This document shows, in pieces, positions 1 through 8,116 of a stretch of 29,900 nt of DNA. The notes under the pieces are model-generated. The model saw only the letters and a program-made list of their open reading frames with translations. It did no database searches and had not been told where the DNA came from. The position numbers and the translations under genes are program-made. Positions within the stretch are counted from its first letter, which is position 1. Each line of letters begins with the position of its first letter. Origin of the DNA: an uncultured Bifidobacterium sp. (GTDB lineage: Bacteria; Actinomycetota; Acidimicrobiia; Acidimicrobiales; Ilumatobacteraceae); assembly GCA_964344465.1 (NCBI GenBank), contig CAYFNN010000003.1, positions 11,801 through 41,700 of the forward strand. Direction: 5' to 3'.

Positions 1-469
1 GATGCGGATGGAGCACCTGTCGAATGCCGTACCCGGCGCAAATCTCATCGACTTCGGAGAATCCGTCAAACATCGCTTGCCACTGTGCGTCTGATAGGGG
101 GAATCGCGGACCCCATCCTTCATCGACGACGACGGCAGTAATGAAAAAGCCCTTGCCGGTGGCGCCAAGCAATGAAGCAGAAAAATGTGCCGCTTTGCGC
201 ATCGACTCTCGTTGACCGCGATCGTGCATCACCAAGGGCACGAAAGCCCCGACGATTGGAAGCCCGAATTCTGCCGCCACATTCGCGACTTCTACTGGTG
301 TCGTGCCGAGATAGCCGACCGGACCCTGCTCTGTACCACTCAAACCCAGGCGCTTCATCTCACCAAGCACCGTGCGAGGTGCGAGTTGATAACCCCAATC
401 GGGAACTTCGCAAACTCCCCATGAAATCGGGTTTCCCACCAAACGACTTGCCACCGATGCCTTAGCCAT
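1..469 (-). CDS. iolE: myo-inosose-2 dehydratase (sugar phosphate isomerase/epimerase TIM barrel), 3' part runs off the window
   Basis: Manual translation of the minus strand from ATG 469: MAKASVASRLVGNPISWGVCEVPDWGYQLAPRTVLGEMKRLGLSGTEQGPVGYLG...GAFVPLVMHD...GIRQVLHPH. The P(I/L)SWGVCEVP.WG, E.GP and HPH motifs are typical of IolE. GAGG lies 5 nt before the ATG. Absent from the ORF track because no stop falls in the window. Confidence 0.9.
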   Translation of the reverse strand, partial: MAKASVASRLVGNPISWGVCEVPDWGYQLAPRTVLGEMKRLGLSGTEQGPVGYLGTTPVEVANVAAEFGLPIVGAFVPLVMHDRGQRESMRKAAHFSASLLGATGKGFFITAVVVDEGWGPRFPLSDAQWQAMFDGFSEVDEICAGYGIRQVLHPH

Positions 470-508
470 GATTTCCTCAGACTCTTTCTCTCTGCGTGAT
501 GCAGGAAG

Positions 509-515
509 CAGACTA
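509..515. promoter_or_regulatory. overlapping divergent -10 elements (CAGACT on +, TAGTCT on -)
   Basis: CAGACTA at 509-515. On +, CAGACT is 7 nt before GTG 522. On -, TAGTCT is ~40 nt before the iolE ATG, leaving a purine-rich leader with GAGG. Confidence 0.5.
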
Positions 516-521
516 AACGAC

Positions 522-1286
522 GTGACGTCGACTTCGACAACTCGGGTGACGAGGGTCGTCGTTGCTGGGGTGCTTGTTGCCATCGTCGGTCTTTTTGTAG
601 TGCGGCAACGTCGGCCTGAACCACAAGTGTTGCCGACGACATCGGTCGTCCTCGTCGAAGCATTCGGTTGCAAACGGACGGCAACCCGCACCGTGGCCAC
701 CGCGATTGCCAGAACGGAAGCCGGGACACCGCTGTTTCTTACGGTGGCCCACGGCGTGGCCGGCCAAGACCTCATTGAGGTGGTGGGCAACGGCGGTCGA
801 TTCGCGGCAGACGTCGTCGCGATTAACACGGAGTGGGACCTCGCGATACTTGCGCCACGTGAACGTGACGCCAGTGCGCTTGCGGAGATTCAGCCCGTTG
901 ACCGCGGCACGGCAGTTGCGGGAGAAGCGCGGCTAGTCGTGTTTCCGAATGACGGTGCTACCGGAACGATGCAGCAGCAGCGCCCAGCCAGAATCGTGAA
1001 ACGCACGCGAATACGCACCGAAGACATCTACCTGCGTGACGTAGCCGAAGATCGTCTGCGGCCAGGTTTGGAGGTTCGAGTCGAAGTCAATGTGGGCGAT
1101 TCAGGAGGCCCATTGTTTGCAAACGATGGCTCACTGGTCGGAATCATCTGGGGCACGAGTCGCAAGACACCTGGCCGAAGTTGGGCGACTCGCATTGAGG
1201 CGGCAGACGAGCTCATCGCTGCCGCTCAAGTGCAACTCGGGGATTCACGCGATACTCCGCTTGGTCTCGTAGCCTGCGCACCGTAA
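522..1286 (+). CDS. membrane-anchored trypsin-like (S1) serine protease
   Basis: N-terminal hydrophobic helix (VVVAGVLVAIVGLFVV); catalytic triad motifs TVAHGV, WDLAIL, GDSGGPL. The ORF can extend to ATG 468, but GTG 522 is preferred because of the -10 spacing and because 468 collides with the iolE start. Confidence 0.85.
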   Translation: MTSTSTTRVTRVVVAGVLVAIVGLFVVRQRRPEPQVLPTTSVVLVEAFGCKRTATRTVATAIARTEAGTPLFLTVAHGVAGQDLIEVVGNGGRFAADVVAINTEWDLAILAPRERDASALAEIQPVDRGTAVAGEARLVVFPNDGATGTMQQQRPARIVKRTRIRTEDIYLRDVAEDRLRPGLEVRVEVNVGDSGGPLFANDGSLVGIIWGTSRKTPGRSWATRIEAADELIAAAQVQLGDSRDTPLGLVACAP

Positions 1287-1296
1287 TGAAACCGGC

Positions 1297-2454
1297 GTGC
1301 CGACAATGACGACACGCACATCTCGGCCTGCGTATTTCTTCATCTTTTTGTGTGCCGGTCTCGCCTTTGGCATCATCGGCCCGTCACTACCACTCTTGGC
1401 TGATCGAAGCGCGGTGACCGTCGGAGAAATCGGCACAGTGCTCGTGTTTTACGGTCTCGGTTATCTGGTCGGAACGCGACTCTTCGTGCGCGGATACGAC
1501 AAAGGGTGGGGAAACAAGCTCGCCGCGAGCGCACTCGGCTGTTCGGCGTTCTGTTTTGCACTCGTGCCACTCGGCAGCAACGTGGTTCTCATAAGTGCTG
1601 CATTTTTCTGCTTCGGAGCCGCATTGTCGACCTCAGATGTCGGCTGCAACACGATGATCGTGTGGGAACTTCGCGAAAAGTCGGGAGCTTCACTGGCGTT
1701 CATGCACACCATGTTCGGTGTTGGCGCCATCGTCAGCCCGTTCATCGTTCGGGCCTCTGACTCCTTCAACGGCTCGGCGCACTTTGCGTATTGGTTTGGC
1801 TCAGCCATGCTGCTGTCATCGGGACTTTTCGTTTTGACTCGCACGTCTCCCCCGGATCCACATGTGGAGATTCGCGCGCAGCAGGGTGACCTCAGCCGAT
1901 CACAAATTGGCTACATCGTGCTCTACTTCTTCGGCTACGTTGCCGTGGAAGTTGCCTTCGCCACATGGATCTACACCTACGCAACACGAATCGGCATGCC
2001 GAAGATCGAGGCTGCACTCGTCAATTCGCTGTTCTGGGTTGGATTCATGCTCGGTCGGCTTGCAACCGTTTGGTTGGCTCGGCTGCCAAACTCGCTTCGC
2101 TTCGTTCGCATCGCCGTGCTGGTAAATCTCACCGTGTGTGCGGTGCTTCTTGTGGGATTGGACTCCACTCTCATCGTGTTGGCACCGATTTACGGTCTTG
2201 CGACTGCGCCACAGTTCCCCTTGATGTTGGCGTACATCGGCACTCGGATACCTCTTTCAGGGAAAATGACTTCTCGGGTGGTGGGCACGGCTGGCCTCAG
2301 CTCAACCGTGATGCCATGGCTGACTGGTCAAGTACTCGAAAACGTTGGTCTGTGGACCTTCCCCATCACGCTGGCTGCCGCTGCTTTCGCTGTGCTCGTA
2401 GCTACCGGTCTGATCGTTGCGCGACTACCGAAGGCGTTGATTGCTACGACCTGA
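1297..2454 (+). CDS. MFS transporter (FucP/TsgA-like sugar porter type)
   Basis: About 12 hydrophobic segments in 385 aa, GIIGPSLP first-helix motif, MHTMFGVGAIVSP motif, G.AEVAFATW start of the second half. Start could be ATG 1306. Confidence 0.85.
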   Translation: MPTMTTRTSRPAYFFIFLCAGLAFGIIGPSLPLLADRSAVTVGEIGTVLVFYGLGYLVGTRLFVRGYDKGWGNKLAASALGCSAFCFALVPLGSNVVLISAAFFCFGAALSTSDVGCNTMIVWELREKSGASLAFMHTMFGVGAIVSPFIVRASDSFNGSAHFAYWFGSAMLLSSGLFVLTRTSPPDPHVEIRAQQGDLSRSQIGYIVLYFFGYVAVEVAFATWIYTYATRIGMPKIEAALVNSLFWVGFMLGRLATVWLARLPNSLRFVRIAVLVNLTVCAVLLVGLDSTLIVLAPIYGLATAPQFPLMLAYIGTRIPLSGKMTSRVVGTAGLSSTVMPWLTGQVLENVGLWTFPITLAAAAFAVLVATGLIVARLPKALIATT

Positions 2455-3328
2455 GTCGTCGCATCTCATCACGCACTTCGCGCATACCGCCAGTACGAAC
2501 GGCGCCAGATGACACCCAGTTGACATAGTCAGTGCTGCTGAACACGGCATGTTCATCGGTTCGAACGTGAAATTGCAGCGGTTCAATCACCTCAACCTCC
2601 CCTGGCGCATTCGGATGCAGTGCAGCAAAAATTGGTCCGGTTGCCGTTCGGCTCGGCTCAAACATCTCCTGATAGCAACGCTCCGGAAGTGATGTTCCGC
2701 TCGGCCGAGAAAAGTCGGTCTGCAACACCTCGTCAAAAATCGGAATTCCCATCCGGCGAGCCTCTTGTACGAACTCTGCAAAAAGCGCCTCGGGCACGCC
2801 GTCGAGATGATCGTTCGGTCCGTAGGCAGCGAGTGTGCGGGTAAGTAGGGCGGGAATCTCGTACTGCTCAGCCAGTTGCAGGTAGGTGCCGCAGAACTCG
2901 GGGCCCATCACCGCTCCCATATGAGCGTCGATATGCGTGATATCGAACCCACTGTCGTGAGCCGCCGCCATTTGTGCGGTCATCTCCTCTGCTGCAGCAA
3001 GCGGGTCTGCGTTGCGGCGCAGTTCGGCGACACTACGCCACATGAACCCGTCATCATCGACGAGACCACTGGATGGTGACGCACCGATGAGTGGCCGCCA
3101 GCGGTAGTGCTCTTTCTCCGCATTCAGGGTGAGATGCACTCCCAGGTCGAGGGCGGGATTCTCGACAGCCATTTCTGCAGCTTCGCTGAACCAGGGACAT
3201 GGCACCATGACCGATCCACTCGTAATGGTTCCGAGTGCGGAAAGTTTGGCGAACGAGATGTTTGCGCCGTGGCACATACCGATGTCGTCCTGATGCAGTA
3301 CGAGCAAACCAGCTAAGGACTGGCTCAT
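2444..3328 (-). CDS. ChbG/YdjC/HpnK-family carbohydrate deacetylase
   Basis: DDIGMCHGAN, GVHLTL, THIDAHMG and LHP metal-binding motifs; start overlaps the upstream stop. Confidence 0.85.
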   Translation of the reverse strand: MSQSLAGLLVLHQDDIGMCHGANISFAKLSALGTITSGSVMVPCPWFSEAAEMAVENPALDLGVHLTLNAEKEHYRWRPLIGASPSSGLVDDDGFMWRSVAELRRNADPLAAAEEMTAQMAAAHDSGFDITHIDAHMGAVMGPEFCGTYLQLAEQYEIPALLTRTLAAYGPNDHLDGVPEALFAEFVQEARRMGIPIFDEVLQTDFSRPSGTSLPERCYQEMFEPSRTATGPIFAALHPNAPGEVEVIEPLQFHVRTDEHAVFSSTDYVNWVSSGAVRTGGMREVRDEMRRLRS

Positions 3329-4320
3329 AACTGGACCGTCCGCTTCTCACGGGCCGATTCGGCAACGGCAAGACCGATGAGCGTCGACCGTGCGCTGTCG
3401 ATGCCGTTCGGATACGGGTGCGCAGCGCCCCGAATGATCTGCGCGAATACCTCTGCCTGTCGGCGCACGCCATCGAGCGTGGCGTCGCTGGAGTGGCCGT
3501 CGCTCACCACTCGCACGCCATCACCGGTGGCAACGCGTAATTGTCCGTGCGGGAGCAGGTCGACGAACACTGCTCCTTGTTCGCCGAGAATCTCGGTGCG
3601 AACATCATCGCCATACCGCGAGTTACGCGAGAGATCGACGACCGCCGTTCGCCCCGACGGAAACTCAAGTACTGCGCAGAGATTGTCGACATCACCGACT
3701 CCAGCAAGCGATCGATCAACAAGCGGCAGATTCCACGCCCGAACGGCACATGCCCGCTCGTCAAACAACCATTCAGCGAGGTCGTATTCATGCACGCCAC
3801 AATCCACGGCGAGTCCGCCGCTGACCGCCGGATCACAGAAACTCGCTGGTGGCGGGTTGGCATCCCACTGCGACAGTCGAATCCACACTGGCGTGCCGAT
3901 GGCGCCACTGGCGACAAGACGTTTTGCCTCACGCCATGGCGGAGAGAACCGGCGCCAGTGACCAATCTGCAATATCTTTCCCAGATCATTTGCACGGTTG
4001 GCAAGTTCGCGCGCCACCGAAGGCTGCAGTGAGAGCGGCTTCTCACACAACACGTGCACTCCTGCGTCCAGCGCCGCACCGACCATTTCTGGGTGCAGTG
4101 GCGTTGGCGACACGATGAGACATGCCTCAACGCGCTGCACTGCATCCGTGTACGAAGAAACAGTCTCGGCGCGAGGAAAGAACTTCCGAACATGTTCTGG
4201 TGTTGCGGGGTGAGGGTCTGCCACGACGACCACATCCATGAGATCGAGGGTTGCAAGTGCAGAGGCATGAACTCGACCCATGCGCCCAAGGCCGATGAGA
4301 GCCAATTTCACCGGAGTCAT
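3325..4320 (-). CDS. Gfo/Idh/MocA oxidoreductase (inositol dehydrogenase-like)
   Basis: LIGLGRMG Rossmann motif, CEKP, GHWRRF, DCGVHEYD, DDVRTEILG; ATGA overlap with iolG. Confidence 0.9.
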   Translation of the reverse strand: MTPVKLALIGLGRMGRVHASALATLDLMDVVVVADPHPATPEHVRKFFPRAETVSSYTDAVQRVEACLIVSPTPLHPEMVGAALDAGVHVLCEKPLSLQPSVARELANRANDLGKILQIGHWRRFSPPWREAKRLVASGAIGTPVWIRLSQWDANPPPASFCDPAVSGGLAVDCGVHEYDLAEWLFDERACAVRAWNLPLVDRSLAGVGDVDNLCAVLEFPSGRTAVVDLSRNSRYGDDVRTEILGEQGAVFVDLLPHGQLRVATGDGVRVVSDGHSSDATLDGVRRQAEVFAQIIRGAAHPYPNGIDSARSTLIGLAVAESAREKRTVQL

Positions 4321-5327
4321 GTTGGGGCCGTACCTGAGCGAACCTCGGAGAGATGTACGACCCGCCCCTCGCGTGCGGAGATCTCGCAGGCGACTGCGAC
4401 TTCAGTGGCATGAATCGCCGACCGTGGCGGGCACGGGTTGGGTCCGCCATGTTGCAACCACTCGACATAGGCGGCGGTTTCGGCCCGAAACGCCTCGCGG
4501 AATCGCTCGATGAATCCGCCCCAGGGTTTCCCATCAACGATGTCCGGCTGGTCAAGAGAGAGCAACGGCGTGCGCGATGTGAGACCTGCGGTCAACGTGT
4601 CACGTGACCCGAATACTTCAAAGCGAACATCATGCCCACGTGGATCATGGCGAGTGCCCGAGATTGCAACCTGTACGCCATTTACCGTGACGAGATGAAT
4701 CAACGAGACATCACCGTCGTCGAAGTCGGCATACTGCCGATGTTCACGAACGCGATGCGAGGCGTACACGGTTTCTACCTCCGAGTCTGCGAGCCACGTC
4801 GAAACATCAAAATCGTGTACGTGCAAGTCGCGATAAATGCTGCCACTGCCTTCGAGGAATTCGCGTGGTGAAGGTTGATGGTCGTGCGAGACGAGATGCA
4901 TCACATACAGAGTCCCGACATCACCAGCAACGATGCGCCTTTTTGCCTCGCGAATTCCTGCATCAAACCGACGTTGGAACCCGATTTGTAGTTGGCAATT
5001 CATCGCATCGGCAGCAGCAACGAGCTCGCGAGTTTCGCGAAGATCTAACGCAATCGGCTTCTCACAAAAAATGCGTCTTCCAGTATTCATCGACTTGCGG
5101 AGGAGCTGAGCATGATTGGCAGTGGCGGTGGTGATCATGACTGAGTCAAAATCATCCGGACGAACGGATTCAAAGTCGGCAGACTCAACGCCGAATCGCG
5201 CCGCCAGTTCGGCAGCTCGCTGGCGATTGCGATTCGCAACCACCACGCTGGTTACCGCACGATGAGTTACGAGATCCTCGACACGAATTTCTCCCATTCG
5301 GCCCGCGCCGTAGACGAGAATCTTCAC
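4317..5327 (-). CDS. iolG: myo-inositol 2-dehydrogenase (Gfo/Idh/MocA)
   Basis: VYGAGRMG, CEKP, QIGFQRRFD, DLHVHDFD, GHDVRFEVFGS, FIERFREAF.AE motifs typical of IolG; iol context. Confidence 0.8.
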   Translation of the reverse strand: MKILVYGAGRMGEIRVEDLVTHRAVTSVVVANRNRQRAAELAARFGVESADFESVRPDDFDSVMITTATANHAQLLRKSMNTGRRIFCEKPIALDLRETRELVAAADAMNCQLQIGFQRRFDAGIREAKRRIVAGDVGTLYVMHLVSHDHQPSPREFLEGSGSIYRDLHVHDFDVSTWLADSEVETVYASHRVREHRQYADFDDGDVSLIHLVTVNGVQVAISGTRHDPRGHDVRFEVFGSRDTLTAGLTSRTPLLSLDQPDIVDGKPWGGFIERFREAFRAETAAYVEWLQHGGPNPCPPRSAIHATEVAVACEISAREGRVVHLSEVRSGTAPT

Positions 5328-5333
5328 GAGCCG

Positions 5334-5360
5334 AAACTAATCGCCGCATCCCTCTAGCCT
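5334..5360. promoter_or_regulatory. back-to-back leaderless-type -10 elements for the iolG and iolC operons
   Basis: Minus strand TAGTTT (5339-5334) + 6 nt + GTG 5327; plus strand TAGCCT (5355-5360) + 7 nt + ATG 5368; no SD before either start. Confidence 0.7.
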
Positions 5361-5367
5361 CGGAACG

Positions 5368-6321
5368 ATGCAGGGCAGAGTAATCACCGTTGGTCGAGTG
5401 AGTATCGACCTCTACGCCCGAGAGCCCGGTGTGGCGTTTCGACAGGAACAAACGTTCAGCAAGAGCGTTGGGGGTAGCCCAACGAATGTCGCCGTCGCTG
5501 CAGCCAGGCTTGGGCACCACGCAACACTGCTCACCAAAGTTGGTGACGACGAATTGGGACAGTACGTCGTCGAGCGTCTGCGTTCGTGGGGTGTCGATAC
5601 CTCGCGAATAACTGCACATCCCAATGGGCTGACACCTGTAGTGCTCGCCGCGCTGGATCCACCGGAGGAACCAAAACTCATCTTTCATCGACAACCAGAC
5701 GCGCCCGACACCACGATGGACGAAGGTGTCATCAACCCGAGTGACGTGAGCGACTGTGACGTGTTCTGGATGAGCGGCTGCGCGCTGTCACGCGGCTCGA
5801 CCGCAACAACGAGCATGAACTGGCTCCGGCACCGTGCCCGCGCGGATCACACCGTGTTGGATCTCGACTATCGACCATCGTTCTGGAAGACACCGGGAGA
5901 TGCTCGTGCGGCCAGTCAGGCAGCGATTGAAATGTGCAGCGTTGTGGTGGGAAATCGTACCGAGTGCGACATGGCGCTGGGAATCTCCGACCCCGAGAGG
6001 GCAGCCGACGAGCTGCTGGCCCGAGGGGTGCGACTAGCGATCGTAAAGATGGGGGCGGCAGGAGTCTTACTTGCAACGACGAACGAACGAGTCACGATTG
6101 CACCTCTGCGCATACGGCTCGTCTGTGGTCTTGGTTCGGGTGACGCTTTCGGCGGTGCGCTCATTCACGGTTTGATCAACAACTGGGGACTCCGGCAGAT
6201 CGGAGAGCTCGCCAATGCTGCTGGTGCGTACGTCGCAACGCAACTCACTTGTGCCGACGCAATGCCGTCGCTAGCGACACTCGAGTCGTTCAAGAACGAC
6301 CCGGCAAACCAGAGCAGCTGA
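5368..6321 (+). CDS. iolC: 5-dehydro-2-deoxygluconokinase (PfkB family)
   Basis: GRVSIDLY, GGSPTNVAVAAARLG, LDLDYRP, GN..E, VKMG..G, GSGDAFGG PfkB motifs; iol context. Confidence 0.9.
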   Translation: MQGRVITVGRVSIDLYAREPGVAFRQEQTFSKSVGGSPTNVAVAAARLGHHATLLTKVGDDELGQYVVERLRSWGVDTSRITAHPNGLTPVVLAALDPPEEPKLIFHRQPDAPDTTMDEGVINPSDVSDCDVFWMSGCALSRGSTATTSMNWLRHRARADHTVLDLDYRPSFWKTPGDARAASQAAIEMCSVVVGNRTECDMALGISDPERAADELLARGVRLAIVKMGAAGVLLATTNERVTIAPLRIRLVCGLGSGDAFGGALIHGLINNWGLRQIGELANAAGAYVATQLTCADAMPSLATLESFKNDPANQSS

Positions 6322-6326
6322 ACACC

Positions 6327-7220
6327 ATGATCGATGATTCAGTCTGGAATCGGCTGCTGCGCGAACGCGCTGAACATCCGTTGGCGTTTGTCGATGCCCT
6401 GCGAGGCCGTCGACGACGTTCGTTGCTTCCAGCCGACAACCGACTGTTGATTGTTGCGGCAGATCACACGGCCCGCGCCATCCTTGCCGCAGGAGCTGAG
6501 CCTTTTGCCATCGCCAATCGACGTGAACTACTTGACCGACTGACGCGAGCGCTGGCGAACCCACTGGTCGATGGCGTACTCGCGAGCGCCGACATCATCG
6601 AGGAGTTGGCGTGGCTCGGTGCGCTCGAGGAAAAGGTCGTTTTTGGCACGATGAATCGAGGCGGATATCTCGGTGCTACATGGGGCCTCGACGATCGCGT
6701 GACTGCCTATGACGCCGAACATGTGGCTTCGCTGGGCCTCGATGGCGGCAAGGTGCTGTTGCGAATCGAACACACGGACCCTGGGGTGCTCCGCACTCTT
6801 GATGACGTCGTCAACCAGATGAGACTCCTCGCCGAACGCGACCTGGTGTGCATCGTCGAACCACTGCCGTACGTGCGTAACGAGTCGTTGATGCCGGTGC
6901 TTGATACCTCAAGCGAGCGTCTCGACAAGATCGTTGCAATCGCCGCTGGTCTGACCGCGACGTCTATGCGCACCTGGCTGAAGTTGCCGGCCTGGACAAG
7001 TGCTGACACGCTCGCTGCGGCATCGCGATTGCCCATACTCTTGCTGGGCGGTGATCCCGGTGAACGGCTTGAAGCGACCATCAGTCAGTGGACAACGGCG
7101 ATGGCGGTGCCCAACGTGATTGGGCTCGTCGCCGGCCGACCGTTGCTCTTCCCGCATGGCCGAAGCGTCGAGGAAGTCATCTCACTCGCCGCCGGCATCG
7201 TGCACGGCCCAAGGGAATAG
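6327..7220 (+). CDS. Cgl0159-like class I aldolase (probable 2-deoxy-5-keto-gluconate-6-P aldolase)
   Basis: LLIVAADHTAR, DGVLASADIIEEL, MNRGG..G, DGGKVLLRI, WLKLP (Schiff-base Lys), LLGGDP, GLVAGR.LL. True start is ATG 6327, 5 nt after the iolC stop, rather than 6249. Confidence 0.8.
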   Translation: MIDDSVWNRLLRERAEHPLAFVDALRGRRRRSLLPADNRLLIVAADHTARAILAAGAEPFAIANRRELLDRLTRALANPLVDGVLASADIIEELAWLGALEEKVVFGTMNRGGYLGATWGLDDRVTAYDAEHVASLGLDGGKVLLRIEHTDPGVLRTLDDVVNQMRLLAERDLVCIVEPLPYVRNESLMPVLDTSSERLDKIVAIAAGLTATSMRTWLKLPAWTSADTLAAASRLPILLLGGDPGERLEATISQWTTAMAVPNVIGLVAGRPLLFPHGRSVEEVISLAAGIVHGPRE

Positions 7221-7225
7221 TCGCC

Positions 7226-8116
7226 ATGTCGTGGTATTTCCCGAACGGTTCTCTCGCCACCGAGAGCCAGCCGTTGTCGCTCGACGTGCGACGTGCTGGT
7301 TGGACATATTGCGGACTCGATGTGTACGACTTATCACGAACTCCATCGGTGCGATTTCGTCATCTCGATCGCGAGTCAATCATCGTTCCGTTGTCATCAC
7401 AACGTGTCGACGTGCACGTTGACGGTATCCACTACTCACTCACAGGTCGCAGCGGGGTTTTTGCTGCGGTCGCCGACTGGCTCTACGTGCCAGTCGGCGC
7501 AGAGACCACATTCAGTGGTGAGCCCGGCGAAGTGGCAGTGTGCACTGCGGTTGCCGAACAACGCTTTCCCGTACACCACGGTCTCGCCCAAGATGTTCCT
7601 GTTGAACCGCGCGGAGCCGGTTTTGCAACTCGCCAAGTAAACAACATCGCAACGCCCGACTCATTCAAGTTCGCACATCGAATCCTCGTTTGTGAAGTAT
7701 TGACCCCTGGCGGGAATTGGTCGTCATGGCCACCGCATCGCCACGATGGCGTGGCCGGATGTCCGTACATGAATGAGGAGATTTACTACTTCCGATTGGG
7801 CAAGCAACTGTCAGATCACGGCGACCCAGAAGCCACCGGCTACTTCCATGCGTACACGGTGGATAACAGCGTCAATGACACGATCACCCTTCATGACGGC
7901 GATACCTACGTGCTTCCTGCCGGATACCACGGTCCGACCATCGCAGCTCCCGAGTATCCGATGTATTTTCTCAATGTGCTCGCCGGGCCGGCAGCCGAAC
8001 GCACGATGGCGTTCTGCGATGACCCGAGCCACCACTGGATCCGCGACTCGTGGAAAACCCAGGCCATAGACCCGCGTGTGCCAATGACTCGTGCATCTGG
8101 CAGAGTGAGACAATGA
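7226..8116 (+). CDS. iolB: 5-deoxy-glucuronate isomerase
   Basis: EVLTPGGNWSSWPPHRHD, EEIYYF, GYHGP..AAP.Y.MYFLNV.AGP motifs. Start ATG 7226 rather than 7088. Confidence 0.95.
   Translation: MSWYFPNGSLATESQPLSLDVRRAGWTYCGLDVYDLSRTPSVRFRHLDRESIIVPLSSQRVDVHVDGIHYSLTGRSGVFAAVADWLYVPVGAETTFSGEPGEVAVCTAVAEQRFPVHHGLAQDVPVEPRGAGFATRQVNNIATPDSFKFAHRILVCEVLTPGGNWSSWPPHRHDGVAGCPYMNEEIYYFRLGKQLSDHGDPEATGYFHAYTVDNSVNDTITLHDGDTYVLPAGYHGPTIAAPEYPMYFLNVLAGPAAERTMAFCDDPSHHWIRDSWKTQAIDPRVPMTRASGRVRQ

Noticed and set aside
467-470. Divergent genes apparently sharing one CATG palindrome as both start codons (also 20505-20508)
   Set aside because: In each case one partner has a better start further away: protease GTG 522 with -10 spacing, and SDR GTG 20465 giving MRVLVTG. 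The shared ATG is probably a longest-ORF artefact, though not excluded for the SDR.
6249-8112. N-terminal extensions in the ORF track (6249, 7088, 8050; likewise 13195, 17169, 23890, 24153, 25682, 28199)
   Set aside because: They overlap upstream or opposite genes and add no family-like residues; downstream starts fit stop/start coupling or -10 spacing.
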